Source of the DNA: a virus
Taxonomy: Duplodnaviria; Caudoviricetes
IMG/VR virus record: IMGVR_UViG_3300017911_001490
Location: 16,598 to 80,597 of that record
Strand: one strand, 5' to 3'
Length of the DNA: 64,000 nucleotides
This document shows, piece by piece, positions 23,867-32,602 of the stretch. The notes beneath the pieces were generated by a model that ran no database searches, was not told the origin of the DNA, and was given only the letters and a program-made list of their open reading frames with translations. The translations under genes and the position numbers were made by a program. Numbering within the stretch: position 1 is the stretch's first letter; each line of letters begins with the position of its first letter.

Positions 23867-24575
23867 TCATTTTGGAAACCACCCATTCAACTGCTTTAAG
23901 CAACTCAGGGTCGGATTCGGATAAAACTTCGTAAGCATTTTTAAGGATGCCTTTAAGGTAGTTCGGGTCTTCCTTGGCGATAACTTCAAGCATCTTTCCT
24001 GTATGCTTTTTCTTTCCTGGCCAAATCACCTTCCCAAGTATCCAATCGCCTTCAACGGTAGTGTCATCCACTAAATCCTCAGCAGGAACTTCCTCTTGAT
24101 CTTTAGGTAGCGGGTTATTGGTGGACTGACGAATTTTCCCCTCTTTAATAGGGTCGCCTTGTTCTTCCCGTTCCATGGGGTCGTCCTTACTCCACATCTG
24201 CCAAGCGTAACCGAACAATGCCGCCGCCGCTTTACATGCTCCACGAACAAAAGAATCTGCCACATCACGGGCTCCGATTTTGTCTCCCGGCAGTGGGTTC
24301 ATCTTATGATCCATAATCGCATGAGGAATCCCTGCGGTCATAGTCCCATCAATGTGTGTGAATCTTACTACTAAATATCCTGAGCCATCGGGTGCTTTAT
24401 GAATCTCATTCCCGTCAATGTCTGTTTGCATCTCGGGCATCCATCCCTGTGCGTGTTGTCGGATATCCTGAAGAGTCCGAGCCCAGTTTATGTAGTCGGC
24501 AGTAAATCTGCCTGTTCCTTTTTGGCTGACATTTTGCGGATCAGCTATTCCGCTTAAGTTTGGTAGTATTTCCAT
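23829..24575 (-). CDS. Sak/Rad52-like single-strand annealing protein (DUF1071-like)
   Basis: YINWA, IMDHKMNP, DV-x-x-S-x-x-RG-x-x-KA-x-A-x-x-FG. Confidence 0.75.
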   Translation of the reverse strand: MEILPNLSGIADPQNVSQKGTGRFTADYINWARTLQDIRQHAQGWMPEMQTDIDGNEIHKAPDGSGYLVVRFTHIDGTMTAGIPHAIMDHKMNPLPGDKIGARDVADSFVRGACKAAAALFGYAWQMWSKDDPMEREEQGDPIKEGKIRQSTNNPLPKDQEEVPAEDLVDDTTVEGDWILGKVIWPGKKKHTGKMLEVIAKEDPNYLKGILKNAYEVLSESDPELLKAVEWVVSKMNDNGKQDFQKGN

Positions 24576-24817
24576 TATCTGTATGACTTGAATTGAGGTA
24601 ACTGATCGGCTTCATCCTTAGCAGAATCAATAACTGCTTGAACTTCTTCCCTCCGATACCTCGGGGTTTTAAGTGCTGGCAAGAAGATCGGTTTTAACAC
24701 ACCCAATCGAGCAAGATGATCTAAGTATCTGTACCCTGCGGTTCCGCCAAAACCGAGCAACTTAGCCGTTTCTCCCTTCTTAAGTAGGGTAATTTCTTCT
24801 ATGTCGCTTCGTAACAT
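24575..24817 (-). CDS. Excisionase/MerR-like winged HTH DNA-binding protein
   Basis: LL-x-x-x-E-x-A-x-x-LG...G-x-LKP...PRYRREEV; divergent from the regulator. Confidence 0.7.
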   Translation of the reverse strand: MLRSDIEEITLLKKGETAKLLGFGGTAGYRYLDHLARLGVLKPIFLPALKTPRYRREEVQAVIDSAKDEADQLPQFKSYR

Positions 24818-24902
24818 AGTTATGCGTTATGCAATAAAGTTGTGCATCGGAAAAGAAAAAAGTGCTTTTATTACTAACTAAATTTATTTTGTATATTTTT
24901 AC

Positions 24903-24930
24903 TTGACGAAACGATAAGAAACGATAAAAA
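24903..24930 (+). promoter_or_regulatory. Candidate promoter with tandem GAAACGATAA x2 in the divergent switch region
   Basis: TTGACG at 24903; direct repeats at 24908-24927. Confidence 0.5.
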
Positions 24931-24961
24931 GAACTAAATCCCAAATTAAACAGGAGAAAAA

Positions 24962-25183
24962 ATGACAAAACCAGTAGCAATAAACTCACGCATTGATGCA
25001 GACTCTTACGGTCTCATTACCGAGATTTGCGAACTCACTAACAAGTCGGTAGCGGCTTATGTGAAGGATGCCTGCCTCGCGTATTATTCTTTGGTCAAAA
25101 ACCCTAAATCAGAACCCACGGACGCACTCAAAATTGACCAATTTGCGTGGTCCTTAAAAACGAAAGGAAGTAAAAATAAATGA
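24962..25183 (+). CDS. Ribbon-helix-helix (CopG/Arc-like) regulator, candidate repressor
   Basis: V-A-I-N-S-R-I-D strand then two helices (YGLITEICELTNKSVAAYVKDA); AGGAG upstream. Confidence 0.65.
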   Translation: MTKPVAINSRIDADSYGLITEICELTNKSVAAYVKDACLAYYSLVKNPKSEPTDALKIDQFAWSLKTKGSKNK

Positions 25184-25566
25184 ACTCCCACCGCCAAGAA
25201 ATTAAAATTAACTACGACTCGCAAGAGTGGATAACGGATTTCGATGGCGGAATTGCCTCGGTGGAGGTGGATGGAAAAAAACTCTACGGACATGAGTCGT
25301 GGAGGGATTGGATTAGAGATAGAGCATTACTTTTTAGTGCATGCATATTAACGATTGGTTTTTCAATCGGGTATATTAGCCCTAAAGGTAATGTTATATC
25401 TGACGAGCAGTTCAATAATATGAAAAACCAAGCAGGAATCTCGCATGAAGGGGCAACGATGCTTCATCGAGCAGGTGTGCAATGGGATGCAGAACTGCGC
25501 GATTGGGTATGGAGTGGCAATAGATTGGCAATATCTAGCCATGATAAGCATGAAATAAGCGAATAG
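25180..25566 (+). CDS. Membrane-anchored hypothetical protein in the lysogeny module
   Basis: Hydrophobic ALLFSACILTIGFSIGYI. Confidence 0.6.
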   Translation: MNSHRQEIKINYDSQEWITDFDGGIASVEVDGKKLYGHESWRDWIRDRALLFSACILTIGFSIGYISPKGNVISDEQFNNMKNQAGISHEGATMLHRAGVQWDAELRDWVWSGNRLAISSHDKHEISE

Positions 25567-25650
25567 CATCTCATTCGTAATGAGAAATTGCATAAAAATG
25601 ATACTACTCTAAACTATCCACTAAATACGCGGTATTCCCGCTTAAACAAA

Positions 25651-25679
25651 GGGCTTCACTTCGGTGAGGCTCTTTTTTT
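25651..25679 (+). terminator. Rho-independent terminator
   Basis: GGGCTTCAC-TTCG-GTGAGGCTC stem-loop followed by a T7 run. Confidence 0.85.
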
Positions 25680-25733
25680 GTTGTAAGTAAATCCTATCGC
25701 TTTATACCGAAATATACCCCTATTTCACACTTC

Positions 25734-25757
25734 AACTGGCAATAAAACTGGCAATAA
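25734..25757. repeat. Tandem 12-bp repeat AACTGGCAATAA x2 abutting the integrase start
   Basis: 25734-25745 and 25746-25757. Confidence 0.75.
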
Positions 25758-26774
25758 ATGAAAATAAATATCCGCAAAGGCAAAGCGAATGGTAAAGATA
25801 CATGGATACTAGACATTCACTCTAACGGAGTACGCACTCGTAAGTTTTTTAAGAAGTATACAGATGCCGTAAGATTCGATGTGGAAGCATGGATTAAGGA
25901 GAAATCAAAAACAATTCCACAAGGTTATGAAACCACTACAGAGTTTGCGTTAAAAGAATATATAGCAGACTACCAAAGAAGGTATCCGCGATCTAATACG
26001 CAAATGCTACAGCACAAACTAGAGATGCTACTCAAGTGGGAAAAGATAAGGGACATTAGCTTGAAATCTTTAAGTCAGACTTTAGAATTGCAGGTTGCTA
26101 GATCGGGACCCAATAAAGGTAAGCTTTGGACGAAGTCTACAAGGAAGACCTATAAAGTTGTTTGGGAAGTTTTTCTTAGATGGTGTCATTATAAAGATTA
26201 TACTCCGCAGAAAGATTGGAATATCGAATTGCTCAATGTAAAAGAAACACCGAGTCCGATTGGGATATTAACACCACAACAAGCCTTACAGATCCTCCGA
26301 GGGATAAAACCATCTCACCAACCTGCATTTGCACTTATGTGCTTCACAGGGATTAGACCAAATGGAGAAATGAGTAGGCTTGAATACAAGCATATTAAAT
26401 GGGGAGAGTATATTGAGATACCAGGTGAAATTGCCAAATGGGGAGAACGCACCCTCTACGATCTGCCTGAGAACTTATGGTCATGGGTACCCAAGAAGAG
26501 AAGTGGTAAAGTTATGTCCTCTTGGTCAGGGATAAATCAATCGAGACGGCGGGCTTGCGTAAGGTTGGGATTTAAATATCCCGCGGATGGAGCAAGGCAT
26601 AGCTTCGGAACATACGGATATTGGTACAAGGGAATGGAGTGGGCAATGCACACAATGGGTCATTCTAACTTCCAAACATTCCAAAGGTTTTATCGTAACA
26701 AGAAGGTATCTAAGGATGTAGCACTTGAATATTTCAAACTGGAGCCATCGACCGGAATCGAACCGGTGACCTAA
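25758..26774 (+). CDS. int: Tyrosine integrase
   Basis: FTGIRP (R), ARHSFGTY (R-H), MGH, catalytic Y in QRFY; N-terminal arm-binding-like domain. Confidence 0.92.
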   Translation: MKINIRKGKANGKDTWILDIHSNGVRTRKFFKKYTDAVRFDVEAWIKEKSKTIPQGYETTTEFALKEYIADYQRRYPRSNTQMLQHKLEMLLKWEKIRDISLKSLSQTLELQVARSGPNKGKLWTKSTRKTYKVVWEVFLRWCHYKDYTPQKDWNIELLNVKETPSPIGILTPQQALQILRGIKPSHQPAFALMCFTGIRPNGEMSRLEYKHIKWGEYIEIPGEIAKWGERTLYDLPENLWSWVPKKRSGKVMSSWSGINQSRRRACVRLGFKYPADGARHSFGTYGYWYKGMEWAMHTMGHSNFQTFQRFYRNKKVSKDVALEYFKLEPSTGIEPVT

Positions 26775-26815
26775 CGCTTACGAAGCGTTTGCTCTACCAA
26801 CTGAGCTACGATGGC
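26740..26815 (-). tRNA. trnT: tRNA-Thr(CGT), complete with encoded CCA; candidate attP
   Basis: GCCATCG acceptor stem, AGCTCAGTTGGTAGAGC D-arm, AACGC-TTCGTAA-GCGTT anticodon arm, GGTTCGATTCC T-arm, CCA end. Confidence 0.95.
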
Positions 26816-26819
26816 AAAT

Positions 26820-26846
26820 AAACTACGGTTTTATAAACCATAGTTT
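26820..26846. repeat. Inverted repeat AAACTACGGTTT-TAT-AAACCATAGTTT just upstream of the tRNA
   Basis: 12-bp arms with one mismatch, followed by a T-run on the plus strand. Confidence 0.55.
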
Positions 26847-26878
26847 TTCGGGGAGGTAAAGAAATGTTTAGCCCCCCG

Positions 26879-26980
26879 ATCGCTCCCAATCGCTCCCAAT
26901 CGCTCCACGGATTATTCCACCTAACTCCACCTTATTCCACATAAACTCCACATAAACCTCACATATATTCCACATAACAC
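26879..26980. repeat. Helically phased short repeats: ATCGCTCCC(A) x3, then TCCAC-type units every 10-12 bp
   Basis: TCCAC/CTCAC at 26904, 26916, 26926, 26936, 26947, 26958, 26969. Confidence 0.8.
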
Positions 26981-27021
26981 GAAAATTCGTGTTGCATTTT
27001 CAGCGTGTGTTTTGTTAATTC
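26974..27021 (+). promoter_or_regulatory. Operator motif overlapping the -35 of a sigma70-like promoter for the packaging operon
   Basis: ATAACAC-gaaaattc-GTGTTGC; TTGCAT at 26992, TG-t-TAATTC near 27013-27021, ATG at 27028. Confidence 0.55.
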
Positions 27022-27027
27022 TAAAAC

Positions 27028-27246
27028 ATGGAGGATGACAAAAGGAACCAGGAAGCACTTTCATGCTTTCGGAGAATTAAACCAATCATGGAGGAGTATT
27101 TCGATAACTGGATATTGACAGCTCACCGTGCTGGCTGCGGAACAAAAGTAATTATAGGCGACTACGATAGAAAGAAGCCTGACATGAACAAACTAATGTC
27201 CAATGCCAAAAAATGGAAAAAGAACACCGTGGGAGATACTGACTAA
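27028..27246 (+). CDS. Hypothetical protein
   Basis: 72 aa ORF at the head of the packaging operon. Confidence 0.65.
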   Translation: MEDDKRNQEALSCFRRIKPIMEEYFDNWILTAHRAGCGTKVIIGDYDRKKPDMNKLMSNAKKWKKNTVGDTD

Positions 27247-27586
27247 GTACCCTCCTGTATTTGTAAGACTCTACGCCAAAGAGCGTGAGGGTGCTAGGAT
27301 GCACTGTGCCCTTAGTGATCAAGAGGTTGCTATTCGTGGGAGCTTGTCGCTAGATCGGGTAAGGAAAATATCCAAGTTAACCTCATGGGATGATGTAACA
27401 GTCGGGGAGGCTAGGAATTTCTGCAAGGGCTGTAACTTTGACCCATTTAACTACTTAGATCGAAATCGCATATCTGCATACTCACGAAAAGGAACTTACG
27501 CATTTCTTCGTAGATCAGACCATTGGAATACAACATTCCTTCCCCTTATAAAAATACTTCAAGATGCCCAGGTCGCACAAAATTAA
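27203..27586 (+). CDS. Hypothetical, possibly HTH-like protein
   Basis: 127 aa; LSDQEVAIRGSLSLDRVRKIS resembles a helix-turn-helix. Confidence 0.65.
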   Translation: MPKNGKRTPWEILTKYPPVFVRLYAKEREGARMHCALSDQEVAIRGSLSLDRVRKISKLTSWDDVTVGEARNFCKGCNFDPFNYLDRNRISAYSRKGTYAFLRRSDHWNTTFLPLIKILQDAQVAQN

Positions 27587-28241
27587 AACTGATGTTCTTG
27601 CCCAAGCCCTGAAGGAGTTTGACGGAGATTACGGAAAGGTGGCGGAACATTTCGGGACAAGTGCCAAGAAAATTAGGGAAAGAGTTTATCATGACCCACA
27701 GCTATATGCTATTTGGGTAAAGAATGGGACTAAGGATGTTAAGCCTGACGGGATCGAGTTAATGGAACGCCAGGAGGAGCATGACGATGGCAAAGGCACT
27801 AGATTGCTCGAGGCATTAGACAAGAATAGTAGGTTTGTATTCAATAATGAGCTAGAGAGCATCTTGACGAACCAAGACAATGTTAAAAAACTACAAATAT
27901 TCTCAGATTTCGATGATTCGGTAGGATTGCTTATGGCAGAAGCACTTCGTGTGACCCAAAAAGTAAATATTAGGCAGAATATGAGTTTGTTTGAGGTTAC
28001 GGAGGCATTAAAAGACCAGCTTGATGGGGATGAAATGGATCCCGAGGAAAGAATACTGCAAACTAGACTATTTCTACAGGCAACCGAACAGCAAGGTAAG
28101 TTCTATGACCGATTACTCAAAGGATTGGAGTTTCAACTGAAGCTAGCCAACGAGAAGGACAAGAGGGAGACTAAGAAAAAGCCAGGATTCCGACCATTAA
28201 AGGAGTTGCAGAAGGATGCCGAAGAAGAAGACGAAGGTTGA
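27564..28241 (+). CDS. Putative terminase small subunit
   Basis: N-terminal HTH (ALKEFDGDYGKVAEHFG), helical body, directly upstream of terL. Confidence 0.55.
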   Translation: MPRSHKIKTDVLAQALKEFDGDYGKVAEHFGTSAKKIRERVYHDPQLYAIWVKNGTKDVKPDGIELMERQEEHDDGKGTRLLEALDKNSRFVFNNELESILTNQDNVKKLQIFSDFDDSVGLLMAEALRVTQKVNIRQNMSLFEVTEALKDQLDGDEMDPEERILQTRLFLQATEQQGKFYDRLLKGLEFQLKLANEKDKRETKKKPGFRPLKELQKDAEEEDEG

Positions 28242-29754
28242 TCATAAAATCCTCATCGAGAAGTTTGCTCCCGTTGAGCAGGTTGATGAAAAGGATGCTG
28301 AGCCATGGATGCCATCGCTTACTATTACTCAGCGTAAAATATTCGATGACCCCGCCAAGTATATCCTTGCATATGGGGAGAGAGGTTCCGGAAAAACCTA
28401 CTCATTGGGTGGTCATAAATTAGTCAGGCATTGCTACGAGAACTTTAACGCTTTAGCACTAATTATCGTTGGTGTCAGATCACAGGCGACTATGGGTGGT
28501 GTGTGGCATAAGCTCCAGGTGGAGATTCTACCCGAGTGGGTGGAAGGGATTGGATTAAATCACACGGAAGAAAGACAGGATACACAGAAGAACTTATATA
28601 TGGATATAGAAAACCGATTCGGTGGTTACTCACGAATATGTTTAATTTCTATACCTTATGGTTCCTTTATTAAAGATCGTATCAAGGGTTTTGAGCCTAG
28701 CTTAGTATTCGTGGACGAGTTAACCAACTTGGATACAAACGATTACTTCAATGCAGTTGTACAGCAGTTAGGTCGAAGACAAGGAATCCACGGCCCTCAA
28801 CAATATCTCGCCGCTTGCAATCCTGACGGACCGAGTCATTGGGTATATAAAAGATTCTTTGAAGACCCATACGATAAGGATGGGAACTGGAATAAGGACT
28901 ATGCAGTCTACCATGTAAAAATAGAGGATAATATAGCTAACCTTCCTGATGGATACTATGATCGGATTCAAGAAGCAGTTAAGGCTGACCCGATTGAAGA
29001 AGCACGAATGGTTCGGGGTGAATGGATTGACCGTCCTGCGGGTAATGCAATCTTTGGTCCTTACTTCAATAAAACCATGCATGTCCGTGGGGACTCAAAG
29101 AAAGGCATCCTTCCTAATAAGAATTATCCAATCACCATTGGATACGATCCCGGTTCAGTAAATAACGCATGTATTTTCATGCAAGCATTACCTGGGGCAG
29201 ATAAGACTATATGGATAGTGTTCGATGAGTTTGTGACTATAAACAAGAAGTTACCATACACCACGCTCGTTCCCCTACTCATGAGAAAGATGGCATACTG
29301 GAACAGAAAGTGTGATCACAAATTTAAGTATGTGCATGTATCGGATAACTCAGCATTCAATCAGTTCCGAGCCAAGACGGGCTCCTATGATGTCAGAGAC
29401 TTTGAGGATATATCTAAAGATAAAGCAGAGACCTTTGGCTTAGAACCTATTCGCATGAAAGCGGCACCTAAGTTTAATGGATCAGTAGAGTCTCGCGTGA
29501 GATTGACCATCGCAAAACTTCAACAGGAAGAACTGCTTGTATCGGCACAATGCACATCCATCCTAAAGATGTTTCAAAACTTAATATCTGAGAAGCCAGG
29601 TAAAAGTTACGACCCGAATATTGCATTTAAGCCTAAGCGATCTGTGTATGTTCACCCGTTCGATGCCATGTCTTATGTGCTGTTGTATTACAATGCGCTA
29701 CACTTGGATACGCAACCTGTCGTTAAAACGGAAATTATGGATTTAGGAGGTTGA
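28216..29754 (+). CDS. terL: Terminase large subunit
   Basis: Walker A YGERGSGKT, Walker B VFVDEL, ACNPDGPSHW, RNase H-like GYDPG and HPFDAMSY. Confidence 0.92.
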   Translation: MPKKKTKVDHKILIEKFAPVEQVDEKDAEPWMPSLTITQRKIFDDPAKYILAYGERGSGKTYSLGGHKLVRHCYENFNALALIIVGVRSQATMGGVWHKLQVEILPEWVEGIGLNHTEERQDTQKNLYMDIENRFGGYSRICLISIPYGSFIKDRIKGFEPSLVFVDELTNLDTNDYFNAVVQQLGRRQGIHGPQQYLAACNPDGPSHWVYKRFFEDPYDKDGNWNKDYAVYHVKIEDNIANLPDGYYDRIQEAVKADPIEEARMVRGEWIDRPAGNAIFGPYFNKTMHVRGDSKKGILPNKNYPITIGYDPGSVNNACIFMQALPGADKTIWIVFDEFVTINKKLPYTTLVPLLMRKMAYWNRKCDHKFKYVHVSDNSAFNQFRAKTGSYDVRDFEDISKDKAETFGLEPIRMKAAPKFNGSVESRVRLTIAKLQQEELLVSAQCTSILKMFQNLISEKPGKSYDPNIAFKPKRSVYVHPFDAMSYVLLYYNALHLDTQPVVKTEIMDLGG

Positions 29755-29782
29755 CTTTTTGTAACACTAAAACAAGTGTAAC
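29751..29782 (+). promoter_or_regulatory. Operator motif with upstream TTGACT
   Basis: TTGACT at 29751; GTAACAC-taaaacaa-GTGTAAC at 29761-29782; ATG at 29787. Confidence 0.6.
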
Positions 29783-29786
29783 AACT

Positions 29787-30053
29787 ATGCAGATGGAATC
29801 ATTAGTAAACTTCGACCTCCAAATGTATCCCGATCTGGTGGATATGCTTGATGGGGTTTCCGTGGGTGATAAGGTACGCATTTCAGGCGGGTTCGTAGTT
29901 AAGGAACTATCCGATAAGCGCATTTCAGCATCCTTTGACGATAACGATTCGAGTATCTCGATAACAAAATCAGGTGGAGATGAAGATGAAGACTCCGAAG
30001 ACGAAGACGATTCAGACGCAGAAACACCCGAGACAGAAGAAGCTTCCGGGTGA
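29787..30053 (+). CDS. Small protein with very acidic C-terminus
   Basis: ATG at 29787; DEDEDSEDEDD tail. Confidence 0.7.
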   Translation: MQMESLVNFDLQMYPDLVDMLDGVSVGDKVRISGGFVVKELSDKRISASFDDNDSSISITKSGGDEDEDSEDEDDSDAETPETEEASG

Positions 30054-30084
30054 TTCAGAATATACTACCTCAGCTTCGATCCTT

Positions 30085-30348
30085 ATGGATGCGCATTATG
30101 CGCGTCTGGGAGTGGTTAAGAAATGGAATAAAGCGAGGGTAGATCGGTTATGCGGTTTCCTAAGAATGAACTATGGGGAGATAGCAAGTCTACTTCTAAT
30201 GCCTCACGCAGAGTTCAAGAGGATGATAATAAGCACAAAACCTTTTCCTGGTCCTCTATGTTTACTCCTCTCAATCATCGAGAGAAGGTATTTACAAAAC
30301 TATACAAAGGACACGATAGACAACCTATTCAATTTTACCGATGGTTAA
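30085..30348 (+). CDS. Hypothetical, possibly HTH-like protein (start uncertain)
   Basis: ORF track 29974..30348; RLCGFLRMNYGEIASLLLM. Confidence 0.6.
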   Translation: MDAHYARLGVVKKWNKARVDRLCGFLRMNYGEIASLLLMPHAEFKRMIISTKPFPGPLCLLLSIIERRYLQNYTKDTIDNLFNFTDG

Positions 30349-32602
30349 TAAGGACATACTAAGAGAGTACGGGTGTACGCAAGAACGCCTTCGAGATATA
30401 TTTACAGCAACGGAAGGAAAAGACCTAGAGACTAGGGAGCGATTCCAGGACATTATACAATCTCGCATACTTGAGGGTATCCGTCAGTGTGCAAAGGACG
30501 CAAAGTTGTATATGAGTGTTGATATGGCATGGGACTCCTTGCCGATCAATAAATCAACCATTCCGTTATTACAGTATGCACAGGGCAAAATTGATATAGA
30601 TCAGTGTGCCGATAAACTCGGCGATCTAGGTGTAGCGGATAGGTTTTGTGAGTATGACGATCAGAACCAACTGAAATCAATCAATGCACTTAGGCTCTAT
30701 GAGGTGTCTGTTAATATCATACGATCGTATGTCACTCGTCGGGTTGCCGCTCAGGCTAGTAGATTCTGCAATCTATTCCCGTATTTCAAGTATGAGCCTC
30801 GCAGTACGGCACTTACCGACAAGTTGCGTGCAGATGTACTTAGTCAGCGTGTTGAGATCATGGCTGAGCAGTTTGGGTATCGCCATCAGTTTGAGCAGAC
30901 TATCCGCCAGATGTTCATGTATGGACATAGTATCGCTTTCCCTGAAACCTCTTGGACAGAAGATATTCAATGGAGATACTCCACGGACGATCTGACTGGA
31001 GAAAAAAGCAAGGAGTCTTATGCTGAGCGTGCAGGAGTAAAATTTGTGACCCCACACCCAACTCGGGTGGTAAGAGATATTTCTCGCCCACTACACGATG
31101 TAAATAATAACCAAGGACCGGAATGGATCGGGTATTGGGATATTGTGCGGTACGGAGATATACACGGAAATCCTGCAACATGGAACTCCGACAAGATCAG
31201 TTTCACCAATAGTCTATCGTCTATATATAATACCTACGCAGACTTCTTTGGTTACTACTTCAAGGATGATATATCCTTCCCCAAAGTTGGGGATACATTC
31301 TCAATGAACAATGAGCGTGTAGCTCAGATCGGACTTTATGCCGCTGAAGACGAAGACAAGGGGATGTTCATCACACAGATGTATATGCGGGTGAATCCAA
31401 AGCGTGATGGTCTAGGCGAGTACCCACATGATGTTTGGTTAAAGCTAACCGTGGCAAGTGATGAAACCGTACTTTACGCAGAGTATCTCCCATCGTTACC
31501 AGCAATATATGGTGGCATAAATGAGAATGATGATCGCATGGCGAATATATCTGTCGCTCACGAAATCATGCCCTACCAAGACCAATTAACAAATATACTT
31601 ACCTCTATGCTCGAGCAGATGAAGATGAGTATGTTTAAGATATTTGCAATAGACCAAGATGCCCTGGATGACGATGTGAAGGACTATATCAAGGATGCCA
31701 TATCCGAGGATAGTTTCTATGCTAAACCAAAGGCATTATTCTACTCAGGACAAAAAGCGGCAGACTTGGGTATCAATAATCATGACTTCATAAAGGTCGT
31801 AGATGTACAAAGGGAACTTTCCGCAGGGGTCAACCAGTCGATCCAAGCGATTCTCCAACTACTAAATCTCGTTGAGCGTTTGCTGATCCTATCTCCACAA
31901 GAGTTGGGACAGCCCGCTCCGCGGGAGATCTCTGCAACGGAGGTAGCTGAAATCGCTAATACCACAAATAGTATATACTCATTCATATCAGAAGGCGTGG
32001 ACGACATGCGTTCTGCAATGAAGAAAGTAATCTACGAACACCTGGTATCCTGTTCATCCGATAAATTCGTTGTACCTATCCGTGGTAGATATTCTGAGAA
32101 TATAATCAGGGATGCAGGATTTGAGGTGGAAACATCTGGTGATCCAAATGCAGTGAAGCGTAATGTTATTGGTACACCTGATAATCTGATTTATGAGTAC
32201 TTATTTAGTTCACGGGACGGAGCCGAGCGTGCGAGAGATACACAATCCGCACAGGTTCTTGGTCAACTCATGATGCAACTCTTACAAGTACCCGACATGG
32301 CTCAGTCTTTGGGTAAAGAGAGAATCTTTAATATGTTCAACGAGATATTCCGTATGTCAGGCGCACACGATCTTAAGCTGGAGGTTGATGAAGCTGACGA
32401 GCAACAAGAGATGTCGAATATCGGAAACGAGCAATTTATCACTCAACTGAAGGAGCAATGGCCACAAGTGACCGAAGCACTTCAGATGATTATGCAGAAA
32501 ATGCAACAAGCAGAACAACCACCGCAAGCACCACCGGGCGCACCACCCATGGAGGGCGAGCAACAACCAATGACATCACCTGAGCAACAAGTCCAGTTAT
32601 GA
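30341..32602 (+). CDS. Portal protein
   Basis: 753 aa, after terminase and before scaffold/capsid; Gln/Pro-rich C-terminal tail as in podovirus portals. Confidence 0.75.
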   Translation: MVNKDILREYGCTQERLRDIFTATEGKDLETRERFQDIIQSRILEGIRQCAKDAKLYMSVDMAWDSLPINKSTIPLLQYAQGKIDIDQCADKLGDLGVADRFCEYDDQNQLKSINALRLYEVSVNIIRSYVTRRVAAQASRFCNLFPYFKYEPRSTALTDKLRADVLSQRVEIMAEQFGYRHQFEQTIRQMFMYGHSIAFPETSWTEDIQWRYSTDDLTGEKSKESYAERAGVKFVTPHPTRVVRDISRPLHDVNNNQGPEWIGYWDIVRYGDIHGNPATWNSDKISFTNSLSSIYNTYADFFGYYFKDDISFPKVGDTFSMNNERVAQIGLYAAEDEDKGMFITQMYMRVNPKRDGLGEYPHDVWLKLTVASDETVLYAEYLPSLPAIYGGINENDDRMANISVAHEIMPYQDQLTNILTSMLEQMKMSMFKIFAIDQDALDDDVKDYIKDAISEDSFYAKPKALFYSGQKAADLGINNHDFIKVVDVQRELSAGVNQSIQAILQLLNLVERLLILSPQELGQPAPREISATEVAEIANTTNSIYSFISEGVDDMRSAMKKVIYEHLVSCSSDKFVVPIRGRYSENIIRDAGFEVETSGDPNAVKRNVIGTPDNLIYEYLFSSRDGAERARDTQSAQVLGQLMMQLLQVPDMAQSLGKERIFNMFNEIFRMSGAHDLKLEVDEADEQQEMSNIGNEQFITQLKEQWPQVTEALQMIMQKMQQAEQPPQAPPGAPPMEGEQQPMTSPEQQVQL

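Noticed and set aside
26740-26815. tRNA as a prophage boundary with host DNA beyond
   Set aside because: Terminase, portal and capsid genes follow immediately; no host genes on either side
26871-26980. CRISPR array
   Set aside because: Units are 10-12 bp with no unique spacers; the Cas4-like gene is an ordinary phage PD-(D/E)XK nuclease and no cas operon is present
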